Of a DNA stretch of 64,000 nucleotides, positions 41,568 to 50,281 are shown piece after piece. The position numbers and the translations under genes were made by a program. This DNA comes from an uncultured Bacteroidota bacterium (GTDB lineage: Bacteria; Bacteroidota; Bacteroidia; Flavobacteriales; BACL11). Under the pieces are notes generated by a model. That model saw only the letters and a program-made list of their open reading frames with translations. It searched no databases and was not told the origin of the DNA. Positions within the stretch are counted from its first letter, which is position 1; every line of letters starts with the position of its first letter. Location of the stretch: assembly GCA_902587125.1 (NCBI GenBank), contig CACIJW010000005.1, forward strand, positions 8,809 to 72,808, in the 5' to 3' direction.

Positions 41568-41878
41568 TTTTTTTGTTCTTTTATGATATAAACATCTTCA
41601 TTTTTTTTTCTCATTAAGTATCTCTCTCTTGCAAACTTTTCTTGGTATTTTTTATCATTAGTTAGCTTATAAAGCTCAACACTATCTTTTCTTATTTCAT
41701 TAATATAAAACTCTTTTTCTTCGTTAAGCTTTTTTTCTTCTATGTAAAGTTTTCTTAAGTTAAGGATGTTGTAACTATCTAAAAATGTCATCCAAAGAAG
41801 AAAAACTATAAAAGTTATCAGATATTTATTTTTTAAAGGACTCGGTATTTTTGATAAGAATTTAAATTTTAAATCCAT
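41564..41878 (-). CDS. ftsB: FtsB/DivIC-like septum formation initiator
   Basis: NKYLITFIVFLLWMTFLD, coiled coil, EKFARERYLMRKKNEDVYI. Confidence 0.8.
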   Translation of the reverse strand: MDLKFKFLSKIPSPLKNKYLITFIVFLLWMTFLDSYNILNLRKLYIEEKKLNEEKEFYINEIRKDSVELYKLTNDKKYQEKFARERYLMRKKNEDVYIIKEQKK

Positions 41879-41882
41879 ATAA

Positions 41883-41890
41883 CAAATATA
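41883..41890 (-). promoter_or_regulatory. -7 promoter element (TATATTTG) for ftsB-scpA
   Basis: Exact TAnnTTTG only 4 nt before the ATG. Confidence 0.55.
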
Positions 41891-41904
41891 AATAAACTAT
41901 TTTT

Positions 41905-42612
41905 TCACTTTCCAATTAAAAAAATTGCTGGTTGTTTAGGTAGCTTGAAAATTATTTTTTTCCAATGACCTATTTTTTTTGTATGTATTATCTCATCATT
42001 AGATGTTAAATTTACTGCACAACATAGATGCAGATGTTCATCACAATTTTTAATCAGATCCTCAAAAGTTTTTTGATTTCTGAAGGGCGTTTCAATAAAA
42101 ATTTGTGTTTCATCATTTTTTATTACTTTTTTTTGAGCTAGATGGATTTCTTTTTTTCTGTTAACTGTATCAATTGAAAGATATCCGCAAAAAGAAAACT
42201 TTTGACCGTTTAATCCTGAAGATGATAGTGCTAAAATTATAGAAGATGGACCAATTAGAGGAATGACTTTTATATTTTTTTCGTGAGCAAATTTTAATAT
42301 CTTACTGCCAGGATCAGCTACGCACGGATATCCACTATCCGAAAGAATTCCAATATTTTTCTTTTCGTTTAATGTTTTTAAAATTTCACTTTGAAAATTA
42401 AATCTATTGTGTTTATTTATCAGAAAAAAAGTTGCTTTATCAATATTTTTATTATTGTCTAACTTTTTAATAAATCTTCTAGCAGTTCTAATATTCTCAA
42501 CTATGAAAAATTCTAGTGATTTTACTATTTCAATCAGGTGATTGTTTATCAAATTAACATTCGATTCATTTGAAATTTGTGAGGGAATTATGTAGATGCT
42601 ACCTAGATTCAA
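41905..42612 (-). CDS. RsmI-like tetrapyrrole-methylase family SAM-dependent methyltransferase
   Basis: FIVENIRTARRF, LSDSGYPCVADPG, PLIGPSSI.LAL..SG, FCGYL, FIETPFRN. Confidence 0.82.
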   Translation of the reverse strand: MNLGSIYIIPSQISNESNVNLINNHLIEIVKSLEFFIVENIRTARRFIKKLDNNKNIDKATFFLINKHNRFNFQSEILKTLNEKKNIGILSDSGYPCVADPGSKILKFAHEKNIKVIPLIGPSSIILALSSSGLNGQKFSFCGYLSIDTVNRKKEIHLAQKKVIKNDETQIFIETPFRNQKTFEDLIKNCDEHLHLCCAVNLTSNDEIIHTKKIGHWKKIIFKLPKQPAIFLIGK

Positions 42613-43048
42613 TTTTGTTTGCTATCTTATGACAGATTTTATCTAACAAATTAAAAACTTTCTCAAAATCAGCTAAACCACCATAATAGGGATCAGGGAC
42701 AATGGAATAAGAGTCAAGTATATCAGTAATTAAGATAACTTTAGATGCCTCGTTCTTGTTTTCTGCCAAACCAATGACATCATTAAAATTATTTTTATCC
42801 ATTACATAGATTTTATCAAAATTTATAAAATCAGAGCGTTCAAATTTTCTAGCTCGTAAAGTACTTATGTCAATATTATTTTTTTTTGCAATGTCAATTG
42901 CTCTTGGATCTGGTTTGCTGCCAATATGATATCCTGCTGTTCCAGCTGAATCAACTGTTACTTTCATGTTTGAGATCTTGCTACTAAGTATTCCTTCAGC
43001 TAATGGGGATCTACAAATATTGCCAAGGCAAACCATTAAAATTTTCAT
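42599..43048 (-). CDS. Low-molecular-weight protein-tyrosine phosphatase
   Basis: VCLGNICRSPLAE (CX5R), DSAGT, VPDPYYG. Confidence 0.95.
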   Translation of the reverse strand: MKILMVCLGNICRSPLAEGILSSKISNMKVTVDSAGTAGYHIGSKPDPRAIDIAKKNNIDISTLRARKFERSDFINFDKIYVMDKNNFNDVIGLAENKNEASKVILITDILDSYSIVPDPYYGGLADFEKVFNLLDKICHKIANKIESR

Positions 43049-44479
43049 TTAAGAAATTGTTAGACGTTTTTCTATGTCAGAAATGTACCCTTTAAATCTT
43101 TTGTCAGTATCTGCGAGATTATTAACAGTTTTGCATGCATGCAAAACAGTAGCGTGGTCTTTATTGCCACAATGTTTTCCAATCATAGCAAGTGAATTTT
43201 TAGTAAGCTGTTTTGCAAAATACATTGCGAGTTGTCTGCACTGAACAATTTCCCTTTTTCTGGTTTTTGATTTCATTATTTCAATGGGTATGTCAAAATA
43301 GTCACAAATTACTTTTTGAATATAATCGATAGAAACTTCTCTAACAGTATTTCTAACAAATTTATCTAGCATATTTCTTGCCAGGTCAATATTAATATCT
43401 TTCTTATTTAAAGAGGCCTGCGCAAGTAATGAAATTAGGGCTCCTTCAAGTTCTCTTACATTAGTAGTGATTGAGTAAGCTATATACTCAATAACTTCAT
43501 TTGAAATTTCAATTCCATCTTTTTTAATTTTTTTTCTTAAAATGGCTAATCTTGTTTCAAGTCCAGGAGCTTGAAGATCAGCAGAAAGTCCCCATTTAAA
43601 TCTTGAGAGTAATCTTTGTTCCATGCCAATTATGTCAACTGGAGCTTTGTCAGAGGTTAAAATTATTTGTTTTCCATTTTGATGTAAATGATTGAAAATA
43701 TGAAAAAATACGTCTTGAGTTTTCTCTTTTCCGCTTAAAAATTGAACATCGTCAATAATCAATAAATCAATAGACTGATAAAAGTGAACAAAATCATTTT
43801 TCTTGTTGTCCATTATCGCATCAATAAATTGAGTTTGGAACTTATCTGCAGAAACATATAAAACTGTTTTTTCGGGATCTAGATTCTTTGCTTCAATTCC
43901 AATTGCATTTGCTAAGTGAGTTTTGCCTAGTCCACCACTACCATATATAAAAAGTGGATTAAATGAGGTGCCTCCAGGATCTTGAGCTACAGCATATCCA
44001 GCAGATCTGGCTAATCTATTGCATTCTCCTTCAACAAAAGCATCGAACGTATATGATTTATTTAGTTGTGGATTTATGTTTATTTTTTGAAGTCCAGGAA
44101 TTATAAATGGATTTCTAATTTTGTTAGTACTTAAGTTCATTGGAATACTAACTGGGTAATTTTGTATATCTTTTTGATTAGAACTTGGTATTTTAGAAAC
44201 GTAAGGCTTGGATTTTGATGAATTTTCAAGAACAATATGGTACTCTAATTTACCTTCTTTGCCTAATTCTTTTTTTATTGTCTTTTTGAGAAGAGTTATA
44301 TAGTTTTCTTCTAACCACTCATAAAAAAACTGACTTGGTACTTGAATTGTTAATATATTGTCTTTAATGCTTACTGGTAAAATTGGTTCAAACCATATTT
44401 TGAAATTTTGGTGACTTACATTATTTCTGATTACTGTAAGACAGTTGTTCCATATTTCCTCATGATTTGTCAATCCCAT
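43049..44479 (-). CDS. dnaA: Chromosomal replication initiator DnaA
   Basis: FNPLFIYGSGGLGKTHL, LIIDDVQF, SRFKWGL, NVRELEGAL, RQLAMY, KDHATVLHA. Confidence 0.98.
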   Translation of the reverse strand: MGLTNHEEIWNNCLTVIRNNVSHQNFKIWFEPILPVSIKDNILTIQVPSQFFYEWLEENYITLLKKTIKKELGKEGKLEYHIVLENSSKSKPYVSKIPSSNQKDIQNYPVSIPMNLSTNKIRNPFIIPGLQKININPQLNKSYTFDAFVEGECNRLARSAGYAVAQDPGGTSFNPLFIYGSGGLGKTHLANAIGIEAKNLDPEKTVLYVSADKFQTQFIDAIMDNKKNDFVHFYQSIDLLIIDDVQFLSGKEKTQDVFFHIFNHLHQNGKQIILTSDKAPVDIIGMEQRLLSRFKWGLSADLQAPGLETRLAILRKKIKKDGIEISNEVIEYIAYSITTNVRELEGALISLLAQASLNKKDINIDLARNMLDKFVRNTVREVSIDYIQKVICDYFDIPIEIMKSKTRKREIVQCRQLAMYFAKQLTKNSLAMIGKHCGNKDHATVLHACKTVNNLADTDKRFKGYISDIEKRLTIS

Positions 44480-44705
44480 TAAATGTAATAATTCTTGTTT
44501 TGGTTAAAAATAAGAAGTCTAAAATTGGTTCAGATTTCTTAACAATTTGGTTTAGTTATTAACAAAATTGCATAGCAAATATTAAAAACTATTCTTTAAA
44601 ATGAAAGTTAAAAAAGAAAAATTTTTTGTTTTTTTTTTTTGTTAAATGATTTATGATATTTTCTGGTTAAAGACTAAAAAATTTATTTGGTTGATGAACT
44701 TTATT

Positions 44706-45623
44706 TTAAGAAAAATTCAAACTTTTTATATCCTTCAAAGTCGAAATCACTTTTCTAATTTCGTTTTTTTTGTTAAATATAAAATCCAATCGGCCTAACT
44801 TTATGCCACCATAGCCTGCTTGGGATACGATTACTTTTTTATTTATTTGATTAGTAACAATTATAGATTTTTCAAGAAATGAATGAGTGTGACCACCAAT
44901 AATTAAATCTATGCATGAAGAGTTTTTAGCAACTTTTAAATCAGAAACTTTATCGCTTTCGTACTCTAACCCTAAATGTGATAGACAAACTATCATATCA
45001 CAATCATAATCAAATTTTAGTTTACTTGATACTTCATTTGCGACTTCAATCGGATCATTGTATATTGTATCTCCATATAGTCTTTTTTGAACTAGTCCAT
45101 CCAATTCAACTCCTAATCCGAAGACTCCAATTTTTATTTGATCTTTTTTAAAGATTTTAAATTTTTTGATTTTGCCATTTAAAATTGTATTGCTGAAATC
45201 ATAATTTGAATTGATGAAACTAAATTTTGCATATTTTAATTTATCATTGAATCCTTTAATTCCGTTATCAAAATCATGATTTCCAAGAGTTGCCGCATCA
45301 TAGTTCATCTCACTCATAAGCTTGAACTCAAGCTCCCCTCCAAAAAAATTAAAATATGGAGTTCCTTGAAAGATGTCTCCAGCATCCAACAACAGAACAT
45401 TGTCATTTCTTTCTCTAATACTTTTTATAAGAGAAGCTCTTTCTGCCATGCCTCCTAGGCCTTTGTATTTTCCTGACTTAAATGGAAAAATATGAGAATG
45501 CATGTCATTTGTATGTAAAATAGTTAATTTCTTTTGCTTTTTATTTAAATCGACAGAGTTAAATGGCATAGACAAACCAGTTGTGGCCAAGATTGTGTTG
45601 TAGATAAACTGCTTTCTATTCAT
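44706..45623 (-). CDS. 5'-nucleotidase metallophosphoesterase (N-terminal catalytic domain as a separate gene)
   Basis: ILHTNDMHSH, LLDAGDIFQGT, LGNHDFD, LSHLG, IIGGHTH; ATG 45623 overlaps the upstream stop (ORF track gives 45683). Confidence 0.88.
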   Translation of the reverse strand: MNRKQFIYNTILATTGLSMPFNSVDLNKKQKKLTILHTNDMHSHIFPFKSGKYKGLGGMAERASLIKSIRERNDNVLLLDAGDIFQGTPYFNFFGGELEFKLMSEMNYDAATLGNHDFDNGIKGFNDKLKYAKFSFINSNYDFSNTILNGKIKKFKIFKKDQIKIGVFGLGVELDGLVQKRLYGDTIYNDPIEVANEVSSKLKFDYDCDMIVCLSHLGLEYESDKVSDLKVAKNSSCIDLIIGGHTHSFLEKSIIVTNQINKKVIVSQAGYGGIKLGRLDFIFNKKNEIRKVISTLKDIKSLNFS

Positions 45624-46317
45624 AATCATATATTCTTTGGTCAAGTGCTGATGTAATGGTGTCTTTTCTTTTACAATGCTCAATTATCAAATCCCTGAGC
45701 ATAACATTAAGATTTTCTACTTCTTTGTCGACAAAAAAAGTCATATTATCACCTCCGTTTGCTAAATAGTCACTAGTTAGTACATGAAAAGTATCTTTCA
45801 TAAGCTCTAAATTGTGATTTACAACTTTATTGTTTTCTATTTCAACTCTGAGTTTTGATATTGGTTGGCCACCTTTTTTTTCAAAATAGTTAAATATCTC
45901 TAAGATATCTTCTTTAAATATTTTGACTATTACCATCTTATTATCAAAGGGCATAAGTTTATATATATCTCCTCTTGTAATATCACCATAGTCCAAGGGA
46001 AATCTTAGTCCTCCATTATTAAGCAAACAAAAATCAATCATATCATAACTATTTGTTTCATAAATACAAAGATCTGCTACAAAATTGCCTAAAAGACTCT
46101 CTGGCTTTCCCTTTTCCATTTTTGTCTTATTAAAGCATAAAATCTCGTTCATAACACTGTCAACAGATTTTTTATAAGGATTGATTATTTTTAGAGTAAT
46201 TGAGTCTGGGGGAACGCTTACATCTATATATGAATTAAAAGACGGTTCAATTTTATATTCAGATTGGCAAGAAAAAAACAGACTAATGAAAAATATGGAA
46301 ACTAAAAAATTTCTCAT
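45616..46317 (-). CDS. 5'-nucleotidase C-terminal domain lipoprotein
   Basis: Lipobox FFSC; ESLLGNFVAD, NNGGLR, MPFDN, TSDYLANGGD. Confidence 0.85.
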   Translation of the reverse strand: MRNFLVSIFFISLFFSCQSEYKIEPSFNSYIDVSVPPDSITLKIINPYKKSVDSVMNEILCFNKTKMEKGKPESLLGNFVADLCIYETNSYDMIDFCLLNNGGLRFPLDYGDITRGDIYKLMPFDNKMVIVKIFKEDILEIFNYFEKKGGQPISKLRVEIENNKVVNHNLELMKDTFHVLTSDYLANGGDNMTFFVDKEVENLNVMLRDLIIEHCKRKDTITSALDQRIYDYE

Positions 46318-47171
46318 TTGGATATAATGCTAAGAGATGACTCAATCATTTTGTTTATAATTTTTTTCGGTTCTTTTTTAAAAGTTTTGATATTTCTATT
46401 GCTAAGAACTGAGCAAATTGTAATTGACTTGTGTCCAAGCATTTTACTTAAAAAGTAAATCGCTGAACTCTCCATTTCAAAATTTAAAATTCTTAAATCA
46501 TAAAATTTAAAATCCTCGAGTTTTTTGTGTAAGTCTTCAATACTAGATTTTAGTCTTAGATTTCTTCCTTGTGGTGCATAAAAGCCTGTTGCAGTAATGG
46601 TAATTCCAGATTTGAATGAACTGAATTTTTTTAATAAGTCGCTATCACAGGAAACACAATATGGAAGAGACAGCGCATCCGGCCAGCTCATATGTGATTT
46701 AAATTTTTCAGAAATTTTAGTATTGAGAAAATCATCACTTTCATAATAATATGCAAGTCCATCTAGCCCTATTGAGTATTGTGAAACGACAATTTCATCA
46801 TCATATTTTTGAACTCCTCCGCTAGTACCTAGTCTGTATATATTCAAAGATTTTTTTTTCAAATAAACTTTTCTTGTGGAAAAATTTATGTTACGAAGTG
46901 CATCAAGTTCATTAATTACAATATCAATATTATCGGTCCCAATTCCAGTAGAAATAATTAAAATATCTTTCTTGTTGAAACTTCCTTTACATGAGTAAAA
47001 CTCTCTATTCTTTTTAAAAAAATGTATATTATCTAATTTTTCAGCAATCACTTTTACTCTTAAAGGATCACCAACAAGAATTACATCTTTGCAAATATCT
47101 TCTGGCTTTAAATTGAGATGGTAGATTCTACCATTATTGATAATTAGTTCAGAATCAAGAAAAACACTCAT
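46314..47171 (-). CDS. Nucleoside phosphorylase (uridine phosphorylase-like, PNP/UDP family)
   Basis: IYHLNL, LVGDP.RV, REF, STGIGTDNIDIV, RLGTSG, GFYAPQGR, NFEMESSA. Confidence 0.87.
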   Translation of the reverse strand: MSVFLDSELIINNGRIYHLNLKPEDICKDVILVGDPLRVKVIAEKLDNIHFFKKNREFYSCKGSFNKKDILIISTGIGTDNIDIVINELDALRNINFSTRKVYLKKKSLNIYRLGTSGGVQKYDDEIVVSQYSIGLDGLAYYYESDDFLNTKISEKFKSHMSWPDALSLPYCVSCDSDLLKKFSSFKSGITITATGFYAPQGRNLRLKSSIEDLHKKLEDFKFYDLRILNFEMESSAIYFLSKMLGHKSITICSVLSNRNIKTFKKEPKKIINKMIESSLSIISK

Positions 47172-47180
47172 ATAAAAATG

Positions 47181-47188
47181 TATTTTTG
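47181..47188 (+). promoter_or_regulatory. -7 promoter element (TATTTTTG) for usp-cinA
   Basis: Exact TAnnTTTG 14 nt before the ATG. Confidence 0.55.
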
Positions 47189-47202
47189 CATAAAATTAGC
47201 AA

Positions 47203-48081
47203 ATGTTAACAAACAAAATTTTAGTTCCAGTGGGTTTTTCTGAACAATCCTTAGCTGCTCTAAAACAAGCTTGCCTAATCGCTAAAATAAAAAAATCAGA
47301 AGTAATTATTCTAAGTGTCATTGAAGAACAATCTAAAATTAGTGGTTTGCTAATTGATAATCCCTTTGAAGAAATAAGAAACAAAGTAAAAGATAAGCTT
47401 GATGAAATTTCAGAAATGCACTCAAGTAAATTTTCTGTCAAAGTTGACTCAATGGTTGCAAATGGGAAAATTTATGAGCAAATTGTAGAGGTCTCTTCAA
47501 TGATTAATGCTAACCTAATAGTTATGGGTACTAATGGATCTCCCAAGGGCGTAATAAAAAAATTCATTGGCTCAAACGCAGAGAGAGTTGTAAGGTTGTC
47601 CAACATTCCTGTAATTACTATAAAAGAAAATATAAGCACAGAAAATTTTGATAATATAATACTTCCACTTGATTTAGGAAAAGAGACTAAAGAGAAAGTT
47701 ACATTTGCTATTGAATATGCAAGATATTGGAATTCAACAATAAGAATAGTATCTGTATTTTTAAAAGATAACACTAATGAAAAAAATATACTCATTAAGA
47801 ACTTGAATCAAGTCTCTAATTTTATTTCTAATGCCGGCGTTAAATGTACTTCTGAACTAATAGAGGGAGAAAAAAAACAAAGTCTTGGAGACTTTGTTAT
47901 TAATTATGAAAAGAAGTTTGACTCTGACTTAATTATAATAATGACAAAAAAAGAAGAGTTAGCATTGTCAAACAACTTGAGTGTTACTGCAAGGTATATT
48001 ATTCACAACTCAAAAATACCTGTTATGAGCATTAAACCTAAGCCAAGAAAGTTTATAACTTCACCAACTACTGCCTTTTAA
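47203..48081 (+). CDS. Universal stress protein (tandem USP domains)
   Basis: ILVPVGFSEQS, LIVMGTNG..IGSNAERVVRLS.IPV, second domain ending KIPVMSI. Confidence 0.9.
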   Translation: MLTNKILVPVGFSEQSLAALKQACLIAKIKKSEVIILSVIEEQSKISGLLIDNPFEEIRNKVKDKLDEISEMHSSKFSVKVDSMVANGKIYEQIVEVSSMINANLIVMGTNGSPKGVIKKFIGSNAERVVRLSNIPVITIKENISTENFDNIILPLDLGKETKEKVTFAIEYARYWNSTIRIVSVFLKDNTNEKNILIKNLNQVSNFISNAGVKCTSELIEGEKKQSLGDFVINYEKKFDSDLIIIMTKKEELALSNNLSVTARYIIHNSKIPVMSIKPKPRKFITSPTTAF

Positions 48082-49314
48082 TTGAAATCATCTGTAATTT
48101 GCATTGGTGATGAAATTCTTATTGGACAAATTGCTGATACCAATAGTAGATTCATAGCTCAAAGACTAAATTCACTTGGTATTGAGTGCAGTTCTATAAA
48201 AATTGTTGGTGATGATAAAAAAGCTTTAGTTGAAGTAATTAATGAGGAGAGCAAAAGATCTGATTTAATTATTTTAAGTGGTGGTTTAGGACCTACAAAT
48301 GATGATATAACTAGAGAGGCAATTGCACATTTCTTAAGTAAAAAACTAATATTCTCTAAACAAGTTTTTGAAAACATAGAAGAAGTTTTTAAAAAATTTG
48401 GAAGAACTGATATCACAAATCTAAATAAGCAACAAGCCTATATTCCTGAGAGTTGTATTTTTTTTCAAAATGATATTGGAACTGCACCTGCTATTGTAAA
48501 AGAATCAGAAAAATTCATCTTAGTTGCTTTTCCAGGCGTCCCATCAGAACTTATACATCTTTTTGAAAAATTAGAAAAATTTTTAACCTCAAAGTATGAA
48601 TTTTTACAGATTTATCATAAAACAGTTTCAGTTTTTGGTGTTCCTGAGTCTAAGCTGGCATTGATTATTTCCAGCTGGGAGAAAAATATTAAAAAAAATA
48701 ATATTAGCCTTTCATACTTACCTAAAAAAGGAATTGTAAGATTAAGACTTACTACTAGAGGAAAAGATAAATTAGAATTAAAAAAGAAGATAAATTCTTC
48801 ATTAACTAATCTTAAAAAAATAATAGATTTTAGTTATCATGATATTGCAAAGTTAGAGCATGTAATACATGATTTATTGTATAAAAGAGGATTAACAATT
48901 TCATGCGCAGAAAGCTGTACATCAGGAAAGATTTCTAGTACTATAACCAAAGCTTCAGGTTCGTCAAAATATTTTAAGGGAGGATTAGTTGTTTACAGTA
49001 ATTTTTCAAAAGTCAATTTATTAAATGTAGACAAAAAGAAAATAGAAAAATATGGTGTTGTAAGTGAAGAGGTAGCAAAAGATATGTCACAAAAATGCCT
49101 TGAGAAGTTTGATTCTGATTTTTCAATTTCAACTACTGGCCTAATGGAAATTGATAATACAAACAAAGGTGTGTTATGCATTTCCTTCTCATCAAAAACA
49201 AAAACTCTTTCTAAAAAATTTGAGCTTAAAGGAAATCGAGAACAAGTAACTAAACAGTCAACAATTCTTGCTATTGAATTTCTTATTTCAGGAATAATGG
49301 ATAAAATTTTATAG
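48082..49314 (+). CDS. cinA: CinA family protein (MoCF-like domain plus NMN deamidase PncC)
   Basis: IGDEILIGQI.DTN, SGGLGPTNDDIT, PGVPSE, AESCTSG, GSSKYFKGG. Confidence 0.92.
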   Translation: MKSSVICIGDEILIGQIADTNSRFIAQRLNSLGIECSSIKIVGDDKKALVEVINEESKRSDLIILSGGLGPTNDDITREAIAHFLSKKLIFSKQVFENIEEVFKKFGRTDITNLNKQQAYIPESCIFFQNDIGTAPAIVKESEKFILVAFPGVPSELIHLFEKLEKFLTSKYEFLQIYHKTVSVFGVPESKLALIISSWEKNIKKNNISLSYLPKKGIVRLRLTTRGKDKLELKKKINSSLTNLKKIIDFSYHDIAKLEHVIHDLLYKRGLTISCAESCTSGKISSTITKASGSSKYFKGGLVVYSNFSKVNLLNVDKKKIEKYGVVSEEVAKDMSQKCLEKFDSDFSISTTGLMEIDNTNKGVLCISFSSKTKTLSKKFELKGNREQVTKQSTILAIEFLISGIMDKIL

Positions 49315-49323
49315 AGATATTTG

Positions 49324-49331
49324 TATATTTG
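49324..49331 (+). promoter_or_regulatory. -7 promoter element (TATATTTG) for rpmB
   Basis: Exact TAnnTTTG 18 nt before ATG 49350. Confidence 0.6.
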
Positions 49332-49349
49332 CGACCTAAATTCAAGAAA

Positions 49350-49589
49350 ATGTCCAAGATATGTGCAATAACAGGTAAAAAACCAATGGTTGGAAATAAT
49401 GTTTCCCATTCTAACAAAAAAACAAAAAGAAAGTTTTACCCAAATCTTCAAACTAAGAAATTTTTTGTTCCTGAAACAGGAGAATATATAACCTTAAAAG
49501 TTTCAGCTAAAGCTCTTAGAACTATAAATAAAAAAGGCATATCTGCTGTTTTGTCTGAAGCAAAGAAAAAAGGCAACATCTTAGTTTAA
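49350..49589 (+). CDS. rpmB: 50S ribosomal protein L28
   Basis: MSKICAITGKKPMVGNNVSHSNKKTKRKFYPNL..LRTINKKG. Confidence 0.97.
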   Translation: MSKICAITGKKPMVGNNVSHSNKKTKRKFYPNLQTKKFFVPETGEYITLKVSAKALRTINKKGISAVLSEAKKKGNILV

Positions 49590-49610
49590 ATATTTTTATT
49601 AAATTTAAGA

Positions 49611-50276
49611 ATGAATACAAAATTTGCAACACTTTTGTTTTTGTCATTAGTTGTGTTGTTTTCTTCATCATGTAGAAAAGAAGAGGGTTGCATGAACCCG
49701 TTAGCAATCAATTATAATCCTGATGCTGAAGAAGATGATGGCTCTTGCTTGATATTAGGTTGTACAAACCCTACAATGTTTAACTACGACCCGAACGCAA
49801 ATACTGATAATGGTGGATGTATTCCTTTCATTAACGGGTGCACTGATGCAACAATGTTTAACTATGACCCTGATGCAAATACAGACAATGGTACTTGCTT
49901 AACCGCACAACAGGCTGCTATTGGTTTTTGGGATGTATCACCTGATTGTGATGACATCACAGTTCCTGTCATTGGATCTATTTCATTAAATGATCAGATC
50001 CCAGAAAATATTGAAGTTAACGAAGGATCTGGAGACATAATTTTCATAGATCTTGGAACAAGCCAAATTGAGGGAAACATATCTAGCGATGGAACAATTA
50101 TCGTAACTCCACAAAATACTAACATTGACCTAATGGGTTTTTCTGTTGATTTAACAGTAAGTGGTGATGGATTACTAGAAACTGAAAATAGCGGTTATAT
50201 GGATCTTGATTACGAGTTAGATATACCAATAGTCGGTACTCAAAATGTTTCTTGTTCAATAATATTGACTAGATAA
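49611..50276 (+). CDS. Acidic surface lipoprotein with three GC..NY.P.A..D.G.C repeats
   Basis: Lipobox FSSSC; repeats GCMNPLAINYNPDAEEDDGSC, GCTNPTMFNYDPNANTDNGGC, GCTDATMFNYDPDANTDNGTC. Confidence 0.8.
   Translation: MNTKFATLLFLSLVVLFSSSCRKEEGCMNPLAINYNPDAEEDDGSCLILGCTNPTMFNYDPNANTDNGGCIPFINGCTDATMFNYDPDANTDNGTCLTAQQAAIGFWDVSPDCDDITVPVIGSISLNDQIPENIEVNEGSGDIIFIDLGTSQIEGNISSDGTIIVTPQNTNIDLMGFSVDLTVSGDGLLETENSGYMDLDYELDIPIVGTQNVSCSIILTR
49759..49898 (+). repeat. Intragenic tandem repeat, about 78-nt period
   Basis: acaatgtttaactacgacccgaacgcaaatactgataatggt versus acaatgtttaactatgaccctgatgcaaatacagacaatggt, 78 nt apart. Confidence 0.75.
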
Positions 50277-50281
50277 AATAC

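Noticed and set aside
44618-44641. Long T homopolymer and many A/T 8-10-mers elsewhere as phase-variation tracts
   Set aside because: Such runs are expected at this AT content; no broken frames accompany them, apart from the possible mutase junction reported as a finding.
49690-49900. Short direct repeats as a possible CRISPR array
   Set aside because: They are degenerate at third codon positions and in frame within a lipoprotein; there are no unique spacers and no cas genes. The PD-(D/E)XK protein at 3136-5841 is AddB-like, not Cas4.
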